64,000 bases of DNA, taken from positions 32,001 to 96,000 of the forward strand of contig JAVRCJ020000006.1 of NCBI GenBank assembly GCA_034530875.2. Direction: 5' to 3'. The position numbers and the translations under genes are program-made. The notes beneath the pieces are model-generated. The model saw only the letters and a list, made by a program, of their open reading frames with translations, ran no database searches and was not told the origin of the DNA. The stretch is from Nostoc sp. DedSLP01 (GTDB lineage Bacteria > Cyanobacteriota > Cyanobacteriia > Cyanobacteriales > Nostocaceae). Shown piece after piece: positions 30,624-41,618 of this stretch; the first letter of the stretch is position 1; every line of letters starts with the position of its first letter.

Positions 30624-31321
30624 TAAAGCAAACCTTAGCTGACCCCCGTCTTGAGTTAATCGCTACAGCCCGTCACTTTTATCAACAAGGTTGGATGGTG
30701 GGGACTGCTGGTAATCTCTCAGTAGCTTTACCTGACGGTAGTTTCTGGATTACAACCAGTGGTCGGTCTAAAGGAGAATTATCACTAAATGACTTTGTTC
30801 GTATTTATCCAGATTGTAAGGAGCATTCCTCAAATAATTTAAAACCCTCAGCAGAAACGGCCATTCACCAGGTACTTTATACCTTGTTTCCCGAAGCCAA
30901 GGCTTGTTACCACATCCACACAGTTGAGGCAAATTTAGTTTCTCGCTTTGTGGCTGGAAACTCTCTACTTTTACCACCTCTAGAAATGCTCAAAGGTTTG
31001 GGAGTTTACCAAGAAAATCCCAATTGTGTAATTCCCATCTTCGCCAACCATTTACAAGTTTCCCAAATTGCCGCTGACATCAAAGAACGCTTCACACTTA
31101 CCCCACCCCAAGTACCAGCCTTACTCATCCGCGACCATGGCCTTACAGTTTGGGCATCTTCCCCTGAGTCTGCCCTTAATTACATCGAGCTGGTAGAGTA
31201 CATTTTTCGCTACATGGTAGCTATTCGGGGGCAGGGGAGATGGAGAGATGGGGAGGTAGGGGAAGCAGAGGAGGCAGAGGAGGCAGGGGGCAGGGGAGAA
31301 CCAATGACCAATGACCAATGA
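30620..31321 (+). CDS. mtnB: Methylthioribulose-1-phosphate dehydratase
   Basis: GWMVGTAGNLS, KPSAETAIH, HIHT, LIRDHGLTVW; ATGA overlap with mtnX. Confidence 0.9.
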   Translation: MIKQTLADPRLELIATARHFYQQGWMVGTAGNLSVALPDGSFWITTSGRSKGELSLNDFVRIYPDCKEHSSNNLKPSAETAIHQVLYTLFPEAKACYHIHTVEANLVSRFVAGNSLLLPPLEMLKGLGVYQENPNCVIPIFANHLQVSQIAADIKERFTLTPPQVPALLIRDHGLTVWASSPESALNYIELVEYIFRYMVAIRGQGRWRDGEVGEAEEAEEAGGRGEPMTNDQ

Positions 31322-31338
31322 CTAATAACTAATAACTT

Positions 31339-31638
31339 ATGACTAACCAAACTATTCACGTTGTTGCTCATGTTATTGCTTTGCCTGACAAAGTAGAAGA
31401 ACTCAAAGCTGTTTTGTTGGAAGTCATTGAACCAACCAGACAGGAACCAGGTGTAATTAAGTATGAACTTTTGCAAAATCAATCTAATCCAACAGAGTTT
31501 ACTTTTGTGGAAGAGTGGACTTCTAATGAAGCACTGAATACTCATTTGGATTCACCGCATTTGCAAGCTGCACTAGCCAAACTCGAAGGCTTAGTGGCTA
31601 CTGCACCAGATGTCCACCGCTACCATCTTTTGGCATAA
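31339..31638 (+). CDS. ABM-family (putative quinol) monooxygenase
   Basis: PTRQEPGVIKYEL..FTFVEEW..HLDSPH. Confidence 0.85.
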   Translation: MTNQTIHVVAHVIALPDKVEELKAVLLEVIEPTRQEPGVIKYELLQNQSNPTEFTFVEEWTSNEALNTHLDSPHLQAALAKLEGLVATAPDVHRYHLLA

Positions 31639-31799
31639 CGCAACCCCATGTCAAACTCCACACCAAGAGACTTTTAACCCTCCTGCCTCCTGCCAACAGC
31701 TTAAATTTTCAGATTGAAGCGATCGCTCCAGAATCAAGGCAACATTCTGAAGTATCTTGATCCTGAGGCCTTAGTCGAAAATCGAAAGCTGCAACATCT

Positions 31800-32579
31800 A
31801 TGTGCCAATTGCTTGGAATGAATTGCAATGTCCCAACGGATATTTGCTTTTCTTTTGAAGGTTTTTCTGCACGGGGAGGAAAAACAGATCATCATAGCGA
31901 TGGTTGGGGCATTGCTTTCTTTGAAGGAAAGGGATGCCGCATGTTTTTAGATGTCCTACCCTCTGTTATTTCTCCAGTAGCAGAGTTTGTGCGGAATTTT
32001 CCCATCCACTCAACCCATGTGATAGCCCATATCCGTAAAGCTACTCAAGGTGAAGTTGCTTTACACAACTGTCATCCATTCCGCAGAGAATTGTGGGGTA
32101 AGTATTGGGTATTTGCCCACAACGGTAATTTACCAGATTTTAACCCCAAAAATAAGGGCTTTTATCAAGCTGTAGGCGATACCGATAGCGAAAAAGCATT
32201 CTGTCTAATGTTAGAAACATTACGCCAGCGTTTTCCTGAAGGTGAGCCTTCCTTGAAAGAACTCTATTCTGTGCTGCAAGAAATTACTGGAGAAATTGCC
32301 AAAATAGGCATGTTTAACTATTTGCTCTCAGACGGAGAACACTTTTTTGCTTATTGCTCAACCAAACTCAGCTATATTGTACGCCAAGCGCCCTTTGCTG
32401 CTGCCCATTTAATTGACCAAGACATGACTGTGGATTTTCGGGAAGTGACTACCGAACGCGATCGCGTCGCCGTCATCGCTACCACTCCCCTCACTGACAA
32501 CGAAGTTTGGACGCAAATCGAACCCGGAGAATTGCTAGTCTTTCAAGACGGATTACCTCTAAAATATGCCTCTACCTAA
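31800..32579 (+). CDS. Class II glutamine amidotransferase (YafJ-like)
   Basis: N-terminal MCQLLGM, DGWG, HIRKAT, NCHPF, FAHNG, GDTDSE. Confidence 0.92.
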   Translation: MCQLLGMNCNVPTDICFSFEGFSARGGKTDHHSDGWGIAFFEGKGCRMFLDVLPSVISPVAEFVRNFPIHSTHVIAHIRKATQGEVALHNCHPFRRELWGKYWVFAHNGNLPDFNPKNKGFYQAVGDTDSEKAFCLMLETLRQRFPEGEPSLKELYSVLQEITGEIAKIGMFNYLLSDGEHFFAYCSTKLSYIVRQAPFAAAHLIDQDMTVDFREVTTERDRVAVIATTPLTDNEVWTQIEPGELLVFQDGLPLKYAST

Positions 32580-33124
32580 CACAGGTATCAGTTGGGTAAA
32601 TTAATAACATTACTCAACAAATACTTCGTCGTTTTCTTGCAAATATCAGTCCTAGCAATTTAACTTGATTTTCTTCAAACCACAAACTCTAGATTCCCGA
32701 TTTACTTAAGAAGTTGGGAATCTTATTATTTATATTTCATAATTAATACTATTAAAAAAAATCCTATTAGAAAATACTAATTTTTACCAACTTTTCAGAA
32801 TATACCCAACTTAGTTGTTACCAATTATTTTCATAATAAATACCATTTTTACTGGTATAAAAATTTCATTTACAGTGATTTTTTTCTGTATTAATATAGT
32901 GAAGCTTAATACTTCAATGGTCAAATTCTAAATATCTATTGTCTATTTTAAGGAGACAGAAGGACGAAGGCAGTTCTTGCTGGAGGTAATCCCCATAAAT
33001 AAATTTAGGGGCTTTAAACCCTTTTAGCAGAGGGCAAAAATTGTATTTTTTACCTTCTGCCTCCTGCCTTTCTTCGGTAAGAATTATCTAAAAATATATT
33101 GCTAACAACAAAAAATATTTTGTT

Positions 33125-33883
33125 ATGTCTGGCATTCAATTAATATTGCTTGTAGCAATTTTCTTTATAACAAGTGTTATCAGCGTGATTACAGGAAGCA
33201 CTTCTTTAATTACCGTTCCTGTAATGTTGCAATTTAGTATTGAACCGCGTACTGCTCTTGCTACCAATATGCTGGCATTAACCTTTATGAGCGTTGGCGG
33301 TACATTGCCTTTTATTGGTAAAAAAATAATTGATTATAATCGCTTACCAATTATTATTTTTCTCACGGTTGTAGGTTCAATTATTGGTGCATTGCTTGTT
33401 TTAGTTATTCCTTCAGACTCGATGCCTGCAATTATCTCAGTTTTAATGATTGTAGTTGCTATATTCTCAATTTTCAATCGTGATGCTGGAATTATTTCAA
33501 CAAAAAAGCAGCCATCAATAATAATAGAAATCTGTGGCTATCTAGCAACTTTTTTACTTGGCGTTTATGGTGGTTTTTTTAGTGGCGGCTACGTCACAAT
33601 GTTGACAGTAGTTTATGTCAGCCTATTTCGGATGACATTTGTTCAGGCAGTCGCAAACACAAAATTTATTAATATTTTTTCTTCGCTAATTGCTACGATT
33701 ATTTTCTTCACACAGGGAATAGTCGATTACAAACTTGGTATTATTTTGAGTATTACTATGTTTCTTGGTGGAATCGTTGGTTCGCAGATTGCCTTTAAAC
33801 TCAACAATATCGGGTTGCGGCGTATATTTATCACTACAGTAATTGCTCTGGCAATCAAGACTTTATTTGATTTTCTTACATAG
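33125..33883 (+). CDS. Sulfite exporter TauE/SafE (TSUP) family protein
   Basis: Eight-TM pattern, GVYGGFFSGG; upstream of sulfate uptake genes. Confidence 0.82.
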   Translation: MSGIQLILLVAIFFITSVISVITGSTSLITVPVMLQFSIEPRTALATNMLALTFMSVGGTLPFIGKKIIDYNRLPIIIFLTVVGSIIGALLVLVIPSDSMPAIISVLMIVVAIFSIFNRDAGIISTKKQPSIIIEICGYLATFLLGVYGGFFSGGYVTMLTVVYVSLFRMTFVQAVANTKFINIFSSLIATIIFFTQGIVDYKLGIILSITMFLGGIVGSQIAFKLNNIGLRRIFITTVIALAIKTLFDFLT

Positions 33884-34129
33884 TTACCAGAAATTTATAG
33901 CAAATTTACCGCTAATAGAATTCCAATTAAAAAAATAATCAATCATTTTGGTAAGCTTTTGATTTTAAAATATCTAAGTAATGTTTAATAATTACCCATC
34001 AACCGCAAAAACTCTGTTTAGCCCATGCCCTATTTTCTAGCAAGTTGCTTGATTGCTGGAGTTTTTAACTGTGATGAAAATTTCATATTTGAATCTTGGA
34101 GTATTTGTAATTTCTCATAAAACTGATAC

Positions 34130-34256
34130 AATCACCATATTTTCTATCGGAATATGATATTTTTAGTTGTTTGTAACTAAATTACTGCAAAATCTGGTAT
34201 ATACTACACCATATAGGAACATATAACTGTATTCCTATCTAGTAAGTGTAGATTTA
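34130..34256. promoter_or_regulatory. Two putative Rrf2/CymR-like boxes upstream of sbp
   Basis: 34130-34154 (reverse: TATTCCGAT-N7-ATGGTGATT) and 34230-34256 (TATTCCTAT-N7-GTGTAGATT). Confidence 0.55.
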
Positions 34257-34271
34257 GCGGAGGAAATTAGG

Positions 34272-35417
34272 ATGAGTTTGTGGCAGCGCCCACTGGAAAG
34301 ATTGCAAGCGTTCGCTGAACCTCAAATCAATCGGTTCAGAGTGAATTCGCTCAAAGGGTTTGTATCGCTTTTTTTAGTAGGATCGTTATTGAGTGTAGCG
34401 GTTGCTGCCTGCTCTGGTGGAAATGGGAATAATGTTTCTACAGAACCTCCTGCTGCTTCTCCCGTGGCTGCAAGTAAGAGTAATGTTGAACTAACTTTAG
34501 TTTCTTTTGCAGTTACTAAAGCTGCTCACGAAGCTATCATTCCTAAATTTGTAGAACAGTGGAAAAAAGACCATAACCAAACTGTCACCTTCAAGCAAAG
34601 TTATGGTGGTTCTGGTTCCCAAACTCGTGCCGTTATTGATGGTTTGGAAGCAGATGTTGTCCACCTAGCGCTGGCAGGAGATACTGCAAAGATTGAGAAG
34701 GCTGGACTAATTCAATCAGGATGGGAAAAAGAAGTTCCCAACAATGGTATTGTCTCTAAATCTGTGGCAGCCCTAATAACTCGTCCTGGTAATCCTAAAG
34801 GCCTTAAGACTTGGGCAGATTTAGCCACAGGCAATGTAAAACTGATTACTGCTGACCCCAAAACCTCAGGCATTGCTAAGTGGAATTTCTTGGCGTTATG
34901 GAACTCTGTGATTAAAACAGGTGGAGATGAGGCTAAAGCTACTGAGTTTGTCACAAAAGTTTATAATAATGTCCCAATCCTAACTAAGGATGCGCGGGAA
35001 GCCACAGACACATTTGCCAAGCAGGGTCAAGGAGATGCCTTAATTAACTACGAAAACGAAGTTATTCTGGCGCAACAAAAAGGCGAAAAAGTTGAGTATG
35101 TCGTCCCGGAAGTAAATATATCCATCGACAATCCCATCGCTGTAGTAGATAAAAACGTTGATAAGCACGGTACGCGGGAAGTTGCTGAAGCTTTTGTGAA
35201 ATACCTTTATACTCCAGAAGCACAACAAGAGTTTGTGAAATTAGGATTCAGACCTGTAGATGAAAGTTTAGCTCAAACTAAAGAAGTCACAGATAAGTTT
35301 CCCAAAGTAAAAACTTTAGGTACAGTTCAGGACTTTGGTGGTTGGGGAGAAATTGATAAAAAGTTCTTCGCAGATGGAGGCGTGTTTGATAAGATACAGG
35401 CTCAAAAGAAAAGGTAA
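34272..35417 (+). CDS. sbp: Sulfate ABC transporter substrate-binding lipoprotein
   Basis: Lipobox VAAC, QSYGGSGSQTRAVIDGLEADV, DPKTSG, YENE. Confidence 0.95.
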   Translation: MSLWQRPLERLQAFAEPQINRFRVNSLKGFVSLFLVGSLLSVAVAACSGGNGNNVSTEPPAASPVAASKSNVELTLVSFAVTKAAHEAIIPKFVEQWKKDHNQTVTFKQSYGGSGSQTRAVIDGLEADVVHLALAGDTAKIEKAGLIQSGWEKEVPNNGIVSKSVAALITRPGNPKGLKTWADLATGNVKLITADPKTSGIAKWNFLALWNSVIKTGGDEAKATEFVTKVYNNVPILTKDAREATDTFAKQGQGDALINYENEVILAQQKGEKVEYVVPEVNISIDNPIAVVDKNVDKHGTREVAEAFVKYLYTPEAQQEFVKLGFRPVDESLAQTKEVTDKFPKVKTLGTVQDFGGWGEIDKKFFADGGVFDKIQAQKKR

Positions 35418-35439
35418 TTAAAAAGGAGAATTCAGAATT

Positions 35440-35472
35440 CAGAATGGGCTACGCCCCGCTACGCTAACAGAA
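35440..35472. repeat. Small dispersed repeat within CAGAATT-type heptamers, copy 2
   Basis: CAGAATGGGCTACGCCCCGCTACGCTAACAGAA. Confidence 0.75.
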
Positions 35473-35629
35473 ATCAGAATCAGAAAATTGTAATTTTCTG
35501 AGTCTTCTGCTTTACTCCTGAATTCTTCTTAAAAAGAACTCAGTAACTAGAATTAATTATTCTGACTTCTGACTTCTGACTTCTGAATTCTGACTCCTGA
35601 CTCCTGAATTCTATTTTGAACTTTTGATT

Positions 35630-36493
35630 ATGACGACGACTGTATCTTCCTCTGTAGAAGCCGAACGTAAAAAACCTTTTTGGAAGACATTGCAGCGAGT
35701 TCCCTGGACTTGGCGAATCACTATCGCATACTTGACAGTAATGTTATTTATGCCCATAGTTGCTATGTTCCTGAAGGCGAGTACTGAACCTCCGGCTAAG
35801 TTTTGGGCGATCGCCACTAGCGATATTGCACTAGCAACATATAATGTCACTTTTGTTACTTCAATATTTGCTGCTTTCCTCAATGGTATATTTGGTACTT
35901 TGATAGCTTGGGTCTTGGTACGTTACGACTTTCCATTGAAACGCTTTGTTGATGCCACAGTAGATTTACCGTTTGCATTGCCAACATCGGTAGCAGGATT
36001 AACATTAGCAACAGTTTACAGCGATAACGGTTGGATAGGCTCCCTACTATCACCTTTAGGAATTAAAGTATCTTTCACCCGGACGGGAGTAGCGGTAGCA
36101 ATGATTTTTATCTCGCTACCCTTTGTGGTGAGAACCGTGCAACCCGTACTCCAGGAAATGGAACATGAAATTGAAGAAGCTGCCTGGTGTTTGGGTGCTT
36201 CTCAATGGCAAACTTTTTGGAAAGTGATTTTGCCACCATTATTTCCGACGATTTTGACTGGTGTTGCCTTGGGTTTCTCCCGTGCAGTTGGAGAATATGG
36301 TTCAACAGTAATTATTTCTTCCAATACACCATATCAAGATTTAATTGCGCCTGTGCTGATTTTTCAAAGATTAGAGCAGTATGACTATTCTGGAGCAACA
36401 GTAATCGGCATAGTTCTACTATCAATTTCATTAATATTGCTATTGGCAATTAATTTCTTACAAGCATGGGCAAGGCGATATGACAGTAGATAA
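35630..36493 (+). CDS. cysT: Sulfate ABC transporter permease CysT
   Basis: [33 protein letters not shown]. Confidence 0.95.
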   Translation: MTTTVSSSVEAERKKPFWKTLQRVPWTWRITIAYLTVMLFMPIVAMFLKASTEPPAKFWAIATSDIALATYNVTFVTSIFAAFLNGIFGTLIAWVLVRYDFPLKRFVDATVDLPFALPTSVAGLTLATVYSDNGWIGSLLSPLGIKVSFTRTGVAVAMIFISLPFVVRTVQPVLQEMEHEIEEAAWCLGASQWQTFWKVILPPLFPTILTGVALGFSRAVGEYGSTVIISSNTPYQDLIAPVLIFQRLEQYDYSGATVIGIVLLSISLILLLAINFLQAWARRYDSR

Positions 36494-37361
36494 GCCAAGT
36501 TTTCACTCATCTGCATCTGATGAAATTGCATATACACCCAAACCGCAACAGAAGAACAAGTGGGTGCCGATACTTTTAATTGGTATAGCGATCGCTTATT
36601 TAAGCTTAGTTCAATATCTGCCTGCAATTAACGTTTTTGTCCAAGCCTTTAGCAAGGGAGTCGGGCCATTTCTAGCTAATCTGAGCAAACCAGCCTTTCT
36701 CCATGCAGCTTGGTTGACACTATTATTAGCCGCGATCGCTCTACCATTAAATACAGTATTTGGTTTGTGTGCGGCTTGGGCGATCGCTCGCTATAAATTT
36801 CCCGGACGCGCTGTAGTTTTGAGCATTATTGACCTGCCCTTTTCCATCTCCCCCGTAGTCGCCGGACTAATGATTGTCCTACTTTACGGACGTAATGGCT
36901 GGTTTGGCCCTTGGTTGCAAGCGCATGACATCAAGATTATCTTTGCTTTTCCAGGCATGGTGTTGGCTACAGCCTTCGTCAGTATGCCCTTCGTAGCGCG
37001 GGAAGTAATTCCTGTTTTAGAAGAATTTGGCAAAGATCAAGAAGAAGCTGCCAGAACTTTAGGTGCTAAAGACTGGCAAATATTTTGGCGCATCACCTTA
37101 CCTAGTATCCGTTGGGGCTTACTCTACGGTTTAATTTTGACCAACGCCAGAGCAATGGGAGAATTCGGTGCAGTTTCCGTAGTTTCAGGCAACATTGCCG
37201 ATCAAACCCAGAGTCTACCACTATTTGTAGAAGACGCTTACAAACAATATGAAACCGAAGCCGCCTTTTCTGCTGCCGTACTGTTAGCATTACTAGCAGT
37301 AGTTACCCTAATCCTAAAAGAGATTTTAGAACGCAAAACCCGCATTAAAGATGTTGAATAA
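36480..37361 (+). CDS. cysW: Sulfate ABC transporter permease CysW
   Basis: [37 protein letters not shown]. Confidence 0.95.
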   Translation: MTVDKPSFHSSASDEIAYTPKPQQKNKWVPILLIGIAIAYLSLVQYLPAINVFVQAFSKGVGPFLANLSKPAFLHAAWLTLLLAAIALPLNTVFGLCAAWAIARYKFPGRAVVLSIIDLPFSISPVVAGLMIVLLYGRNGWFGPWLQAHDIKIIFAFPGMVLATAFVSMPFVAREVIPVLEEFGKDQEEAARTLGAKDWQIFWRITLPSIRWGLLYGLILTNARAMGEFGAVSVVSGNIADQTQSLPLFVEDAYKQYETEAAFSAAVLLALLAVVTLILKEILERKTRIKDVE

Positions 37362-37363
37362 AC

Positions 37364-37492
37364 CAAGATCCGCGTTACCCCACCCCGGTTTTGTCTAAAG
37401 CCAAAACCGCCCCTCCCCTTGCCAAGGGGAGGGGTTAGGGGTGGGGTGAAACGCTTGTGGGATAGGCGTTTGAGCTTAAGTTGACACCAATG
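37364..37492. mobile_element. Left-truncated copy of the 19339-19531 MITE
   Basis: Aligns with 19405-19531 and keeps the right TIR AAGTTGACACCAATG. Confidence 0.8.
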
Positions 37493-37552
37493 CCTGCCCC
37501 TGTGCCCCTTTGCCTTTACACCTTCCCACTTCCTCTACAGAGAGTGACAATC

Positions 37553-37819
37553 ATGGCTACAGAGAATACGCTTAACGATAAACGGATTCGAGTTAGAATT
37601 CCCAAGAACTATCACCAGGAACCTGTGATTTCACGGCTGGTATCTGATTACGGTCTGACTGTAAATATTACAGCAGCAATTTTGGGAGCTAATGCTGTCG
37701 GTGATGGTTGGTTTGATCTTGAACTCAAGGGAACGCAGGCACAAATTCAAAGTGGACTAGCTTATCTCCATGATTTGAAGTTAGAAGTTTGGGATGATAG
37801 TAAACCAAGTGATTGGTAA
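37553..37819 (+). CDS. Stand-alone NIL-domain protein
   Basis: EPVISRLVSDYGLTVNITAA..GWFDLELKG; start moved to ATG 37553 because the upstream TTG lies in the MITE. Confidence 0.85.
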   Translation: MATENTLNDKRIRVRIPKNYHQEPVISRLVSDYGLTVNITAAILGANAVGDGWFDLELKGTQAQIQSGLAYLHDLKLEVWDDSKPSDW

Positions 37820-37896
37820 ATTAATTTTTGTAATTGGTGGTAACGCTGCTTGTGCGGCGCTTATATAGCAATAATTTGCAATTCAATAGACTACAC

Positions 37897-37926
37897 TAGG
37901 GGCGCACAGGTATCTGTGCGCCCCTA
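37897..37926. repeat. REP-like hairpin
   Basis: TAGGGGCGCACAG-GTAT-CTGTGCGCCCCTA. Confidence 0.8.
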
Positions 37927-38265
37927 CACTCATTTAATTACTGTGGTAGTGCCGGATTGGAGTGGATTTTAATCCTTTCTTCTGCATAATTTATTTTTTT
38001 CTTAATCTTGCAATGGAAACATTTTTAAGGCTAGTTCAGTTCTCTCGTGACTACTATCAACAAACTTCCATTCCGAATCTTAATTGTTTTATACCCTGAG
38101 TCAGACAATTTTGAATCTTAGATATTGGAGTTTGGATTGATTCCATCGAGCAATCTGGGGGCTTGAGAAGATGATTGATTTCTCTGCAAATCATGGATTT
38201 AGAGAACTGCCATAGCTAGCTGGCGATCGCTCTCAAATCAAACATCCTAAAATAACAATCTAATT

Positions 38266-41200
38266 ATGGCAATTAAATTAGTAGGTTTTGCCTCTTTACC
38301 CGCTGATACTTATGGTAAAGGGCCGGCTTCTGGCGAACAAATTTCAGCTAATGGTAGAACCGGACCTTTCCCAGGACAGCCAATACAAGGCTTTAGCGGT
38401 GTCCAGTTTGCTAATAATAACTCTTTCTATTTCCTGTCAGATAATGGTTACGGTGCTAAAGATAATAGCGATGACTTTTTGTTACGCATCCATCGCCTAA
38501 AACCAAATTTTCAGGGCATAGAAAATGGTGATGGCACTGTTAAAATTTTAGATTTCATTCAACTGTCTGACCCTAACAAAAAGATTCCTTTCTCAATAGT
38601 TAACGAAGGTACTAGCGATAGATTACTGACTGGTGCTGACTTTGATATAGAGTCATTCGTAATTGCTAAAGACGGTACTATTTGGATTGGAGATGAATTT
38701 GGCCCTTACCTACTGCATTTTGATGCTACTGGTAAGTTATTAGAAGCTCCCATTGCAACACCCGATGAATTCAAGACTTTAGACGGTAAAGCACCGAAAG
38801 TACTTGGCCATAGAGGTGCAAGCGGCTATCGTCCAGAGCATACCCTGGAGTCATATAAACTAGCAATTGAGCAAGGTGCTGACTTTATTGAACCAGACTT
38901 GGTAGTTACTAAGGACGGTGTGTTGATTGCTCGTCATGAGCCTGCTTTAGCAGTTTTGAATGCTGATGGTACTGTTAATCTCAGCAATACAACCACAGAT
39001 GTTTACAAGCGCCCAGAGTTTGCGAATCGTAAGAAAACAGTAAGCTTAGATGGCAACACAATTACAGGTTGGTTTGCAGAAGACTTTACCTTAGCTGAAA
39101 TCAAAACTTTACGAGCAGTAGAACGTCTACCTTTCCGCGACCATTCTTTTGACGGGCAATTTGAGATTCCTACTCTCACAGAAGTCATCGATTTAGTTAA
39201 GCAAGTAGAAGCCAACACAGGTAAAAAGATTGGTATTTACCCAGAAACTAAGCATCCGACTTATTTTGCCGATGAAGCTACATACATAGGCACTAACGAG
39301 AAAATAAACAGAAATATCAGTCAGATACTCATCGATACCCTCAAAGCAAATAATTTTACTGACCCCGGCCGCATTTTCATCCAATCCTTTGAAGTTAGCA
39401 ATCTCAAGGATCTACACGATCGCATTATGCCTGCGGCTGGCGTAGATATCCCACTCGTGCAACTTTTAGACGCCAGCGATATTGACATAAACGGCAAGAT
39501 TATTGAAAGCCAGCCTTACGATTTGAAAGTCAAAGGCGATACTCGCACTTATGGCGATTTGCGAACTCCAGAAGGCTTGGCTGAAATTGCTAGTTATGCT
39601 GATGGCATCGGCCCTTGGAAGCGAATGATTGTTAGCGTCAAAGGTACTGATGCCAATAATGATGGTCAAGCAGATGATGTCAATGGCGATGGCAAAGTTG
39701 ATGATGCTGACAAGAACACTTTACCTCCCAGTACCTTAGTTCAAGATGCTCACAATGCAGGTTTGCTAGTCCACCCCTACACCTTCCGTGCAGAAAATCA
39801 GTATTTAGCGGCAGATTACCAAGGTAAGCTAGCACTAGAAATTCAGCAGTTCTATCAATTAGGGGTAGATGCGCTGTTCTCAGATTTCCCAAATATCGCC
39901 GATAAAGTACGCGATCGCCTCGTAGACGATCCCCAGTACAATATAGTGCGATCGCCACAAAACCCAGACGTTCTTTCAGGTGACGCTTTTGCTAACTTGG
40001 CTGGTTCCAAAGGTTTTGAAGGTGGAGCAATCAACGCCAGTAAAACTAAGCTTTATCTTCTGTTAGAAGGGACAGTCCAAGGCGATACTCCCGGTGCTTT
40101 GCGGATTAACGAATTTGATTTAGCCAGCCGCAAGTATATTGATAATAAACTCTACTACAGCCTGGATAATCCTGGAAATTCCATTGGAGATTTAGCAGTC
40201 ATCAATGATAATGAATACCTCGTCATTGAGCGCGATAACAATCAAGGAACTGCTGCTCAATTCAAGAAAATCTACAAAATTGACTTGTCTAAAGCAGATT
40301 CCAATGGCTACGTAGCCAAAGAAGAAGTTGCAGACTTGTTAAATATTCAAGACCCCAACGACTTGAACGGGGATGGCAAAACTACCTTTGATTTCCCCTT
40401 CCAAACAATTGAAGATGTTTTACTTATTGACAAAAACACCATTTTGGTAGCCAATGACAACAACTATCCCTTCTCAACAGGTCGTCCTGGAAACGATCCT
40501 CAAAATCCAGTCATAGATAACAACGAAATTATTCTCCTGAAATTGGAGAATCCCCTTAACCTTGCTCCTGGCTTAGGTCAGCCTCAAGGTGAAAAATTTG
40601 ATTTTGGCTCGACTAACAGCGATACCGTTACACTTGAGCCAGGAAAAATATTGTTTGCAGGTGAGGGAGCAGACTTTGTAGAAGGTAGTACAAGTAACAC
40701 AATCCAGACTGGCAATGGTGAAGATACTGTGCTGGTTGGCAATAACTCCTCAGTGTCAGCCGGGGATGGTAACGATCGTATCTTTGTTGGTCAAAACGGT
40801 GCTGCTGGCAATACTAGTGCCGATGGTGGTAATAATGACGACCAAATTACTGTAGTCGAAGCCAACGCTACTAATAACCTATTTGGCGGTGCTGGGGCTG
40901 ACACTCTGACGGTTGTTGAAGGTTCGCGTCAATTTTTATTCGCTGGCTCAGGCAATGATACCCTCACCAGTAACGGCAGCAATAACAGTTTGTATGGTGG
41001 TACTGGAGATGACAAACTCTTCTCTAATGCCAATGATGCCTTGTTTGGTGGCAATGGAGATGATGCGCTATTTGCAGGTCAAGCAGGTGGTAACCGCCTA
41101 ACTGGTGGTACTGGTGCAGACCAGTTTTGGATTGCTAATGCCAGTCTGCCAACTAGCAAGAATATCGTCACTGATTTTACCATTGGCATCGATAAAATTG

Positions 41201-41364
41201 GGCTTGGCGGTATTGGCGTGAATCAATTTAGCGCCTTAACGCTATTGCAACAAGGTAGTGACACTTTGGTGAAAACCGGAAATACAGAGTTGGCTTTATT
41301 AGTGGGAATTACCTCAACTAGTATCACAGCCAATGATGTTGTTTTTGCTACTAGCGGGGTTTAG
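38266..41364 (+). CDS. Secreted phytase-like esterase / glycerophosphodiester phosphodiesterase with RTX repeats
   Basis: Phytase-like QGFSG..LSDNGYG..DEFGP split by a GDPD domain ([25 protein letters not shown]); NDNNYP; C-terminal GGxGxD repeats. Confidence 0.88.
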   Translation: MAIKLVGFASLPADTYGKGPASGEQISANGRTGPFPGQPIQGFSGVQFANNNSFYFLSDNGYGAKDNSDDFLLRIHRLKPNFQGIENGDGTVKILDFIQLSDPNKKIPFSIVNEGTSDRLLTGADFDIESFVIAKDGTIWIGDEFGPYLLHFDATGKLLEAPIATPDEFKTLDGKAPKVLGHRGASGYRPEHTLESYKLAIEQGADFIEPDLVVTKDGVLIARHEPALAVLNADGTVNLSNTTTDVYKRPEFANRKKTVSLDGNTITGWFAEDFTLAEIKTLRAVERLPFRDHSFDGQFEIPTLTEVIDLVKQVEANTGKKIGIYPETKHPTYFADEATYIGTNEKINRNISQILIDTLKANNFTDPGRIFIQSFEVSNLKDLHDRIMPAAGVDIPLVQLLDASDIDINGKIIESQPYDLKVKGDTRTYGDLRTPEGLAEIASYADGIGPWKRMIVSVKGTDANNDGQADDVNGDGKVDDADKNTLPPSTLVQDAHNAGLLVHPYTFRAENQYLAADYQGKLALEIQQFYQLGVDALFSDFPNIADKVRDRLVDDPQYNIVRSPQNPDVLSGDAFANLAGSKGFEGGAINASKTKLYLLLEGTVQGDTPGALRINEFDLASRKYIDNKLYYSLDNPGNSIGDLAVINDNEYLVIERDNNQGTAAQFKKIYKIDLSKADSNGYVAKEEVADLLNIQDPNDLNGDGKTTFDFPFQTIEDVLLIDKNTILVANDNNYPFSTGRPGNDPQNPVIDNNEIILLKLENPLNLAPGLGQPQGEKFDFGSTNSDTVTLEPGKILFAGEGADFVEGSTSNTIQTGNGEDTVLVGNNSSVSAGDGNDRIFVGQNGAAGNTSADGGNNDDQITVVEANATNNLFGGAGADTLTVVEGSRQFLFAGSGNDTLTSNGSNNSLYGGTGDDKLFSNANDALFGGNGDDALFAGQAGGNRLTGGTGADQFWIANASLPTSKNIVTDFTIGIDKIGLGGIGVNQFSALTLLQQGSDTLVKTGNTELALLVGITSTSITANDVVFATSGV

Positions 41365-41422
41365 CCTCAAGATGATTACAGCTGAAATTTCAAATTAATC
41401 AAGCTGTAGTAATTTTGCTATT

Positions 41423-41452
41423 GCGAGGGAGTGATACTCTCTCGCTTTTTTT
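41423..41452 (+). terminator. Rho-independent terminator
   Basis: GCGAGGGAG-TGATA-CTCTCTCGC followed by a T run. Confidence 0.7.
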
Positions 41453-41618
41453 ATAGCAACAGCCAACGTGGTTAGGACATTAACAGATGATAAAACTTAG
41501 ACACAACAAAACTTTTCACCCAATCCCCACTCACCAGTCCCTTGCTATACAAGTTGTTTGCAAAGTGCTTGGCTGTAATTTTAACGATCTGCGCCTTGAC
41601 CTGTAACATAGAAAAGGG

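Noticed and set aside
31640..31799. Possible glutamine riboswitch before the amidotransferase
   Set aside because: The glnA-motif consensus is not found
37481..37552. N-terminal extension of the NIL ORF
   Set aside because: The TTG lies in the MITE terminal repeat; ATG 37553 is more plausible
37990..38100. Pho boxes before the phytase-like gene
   Set aside because: Only isolated CTTAA half-sites, without the expected 11-bp tandem periodicity
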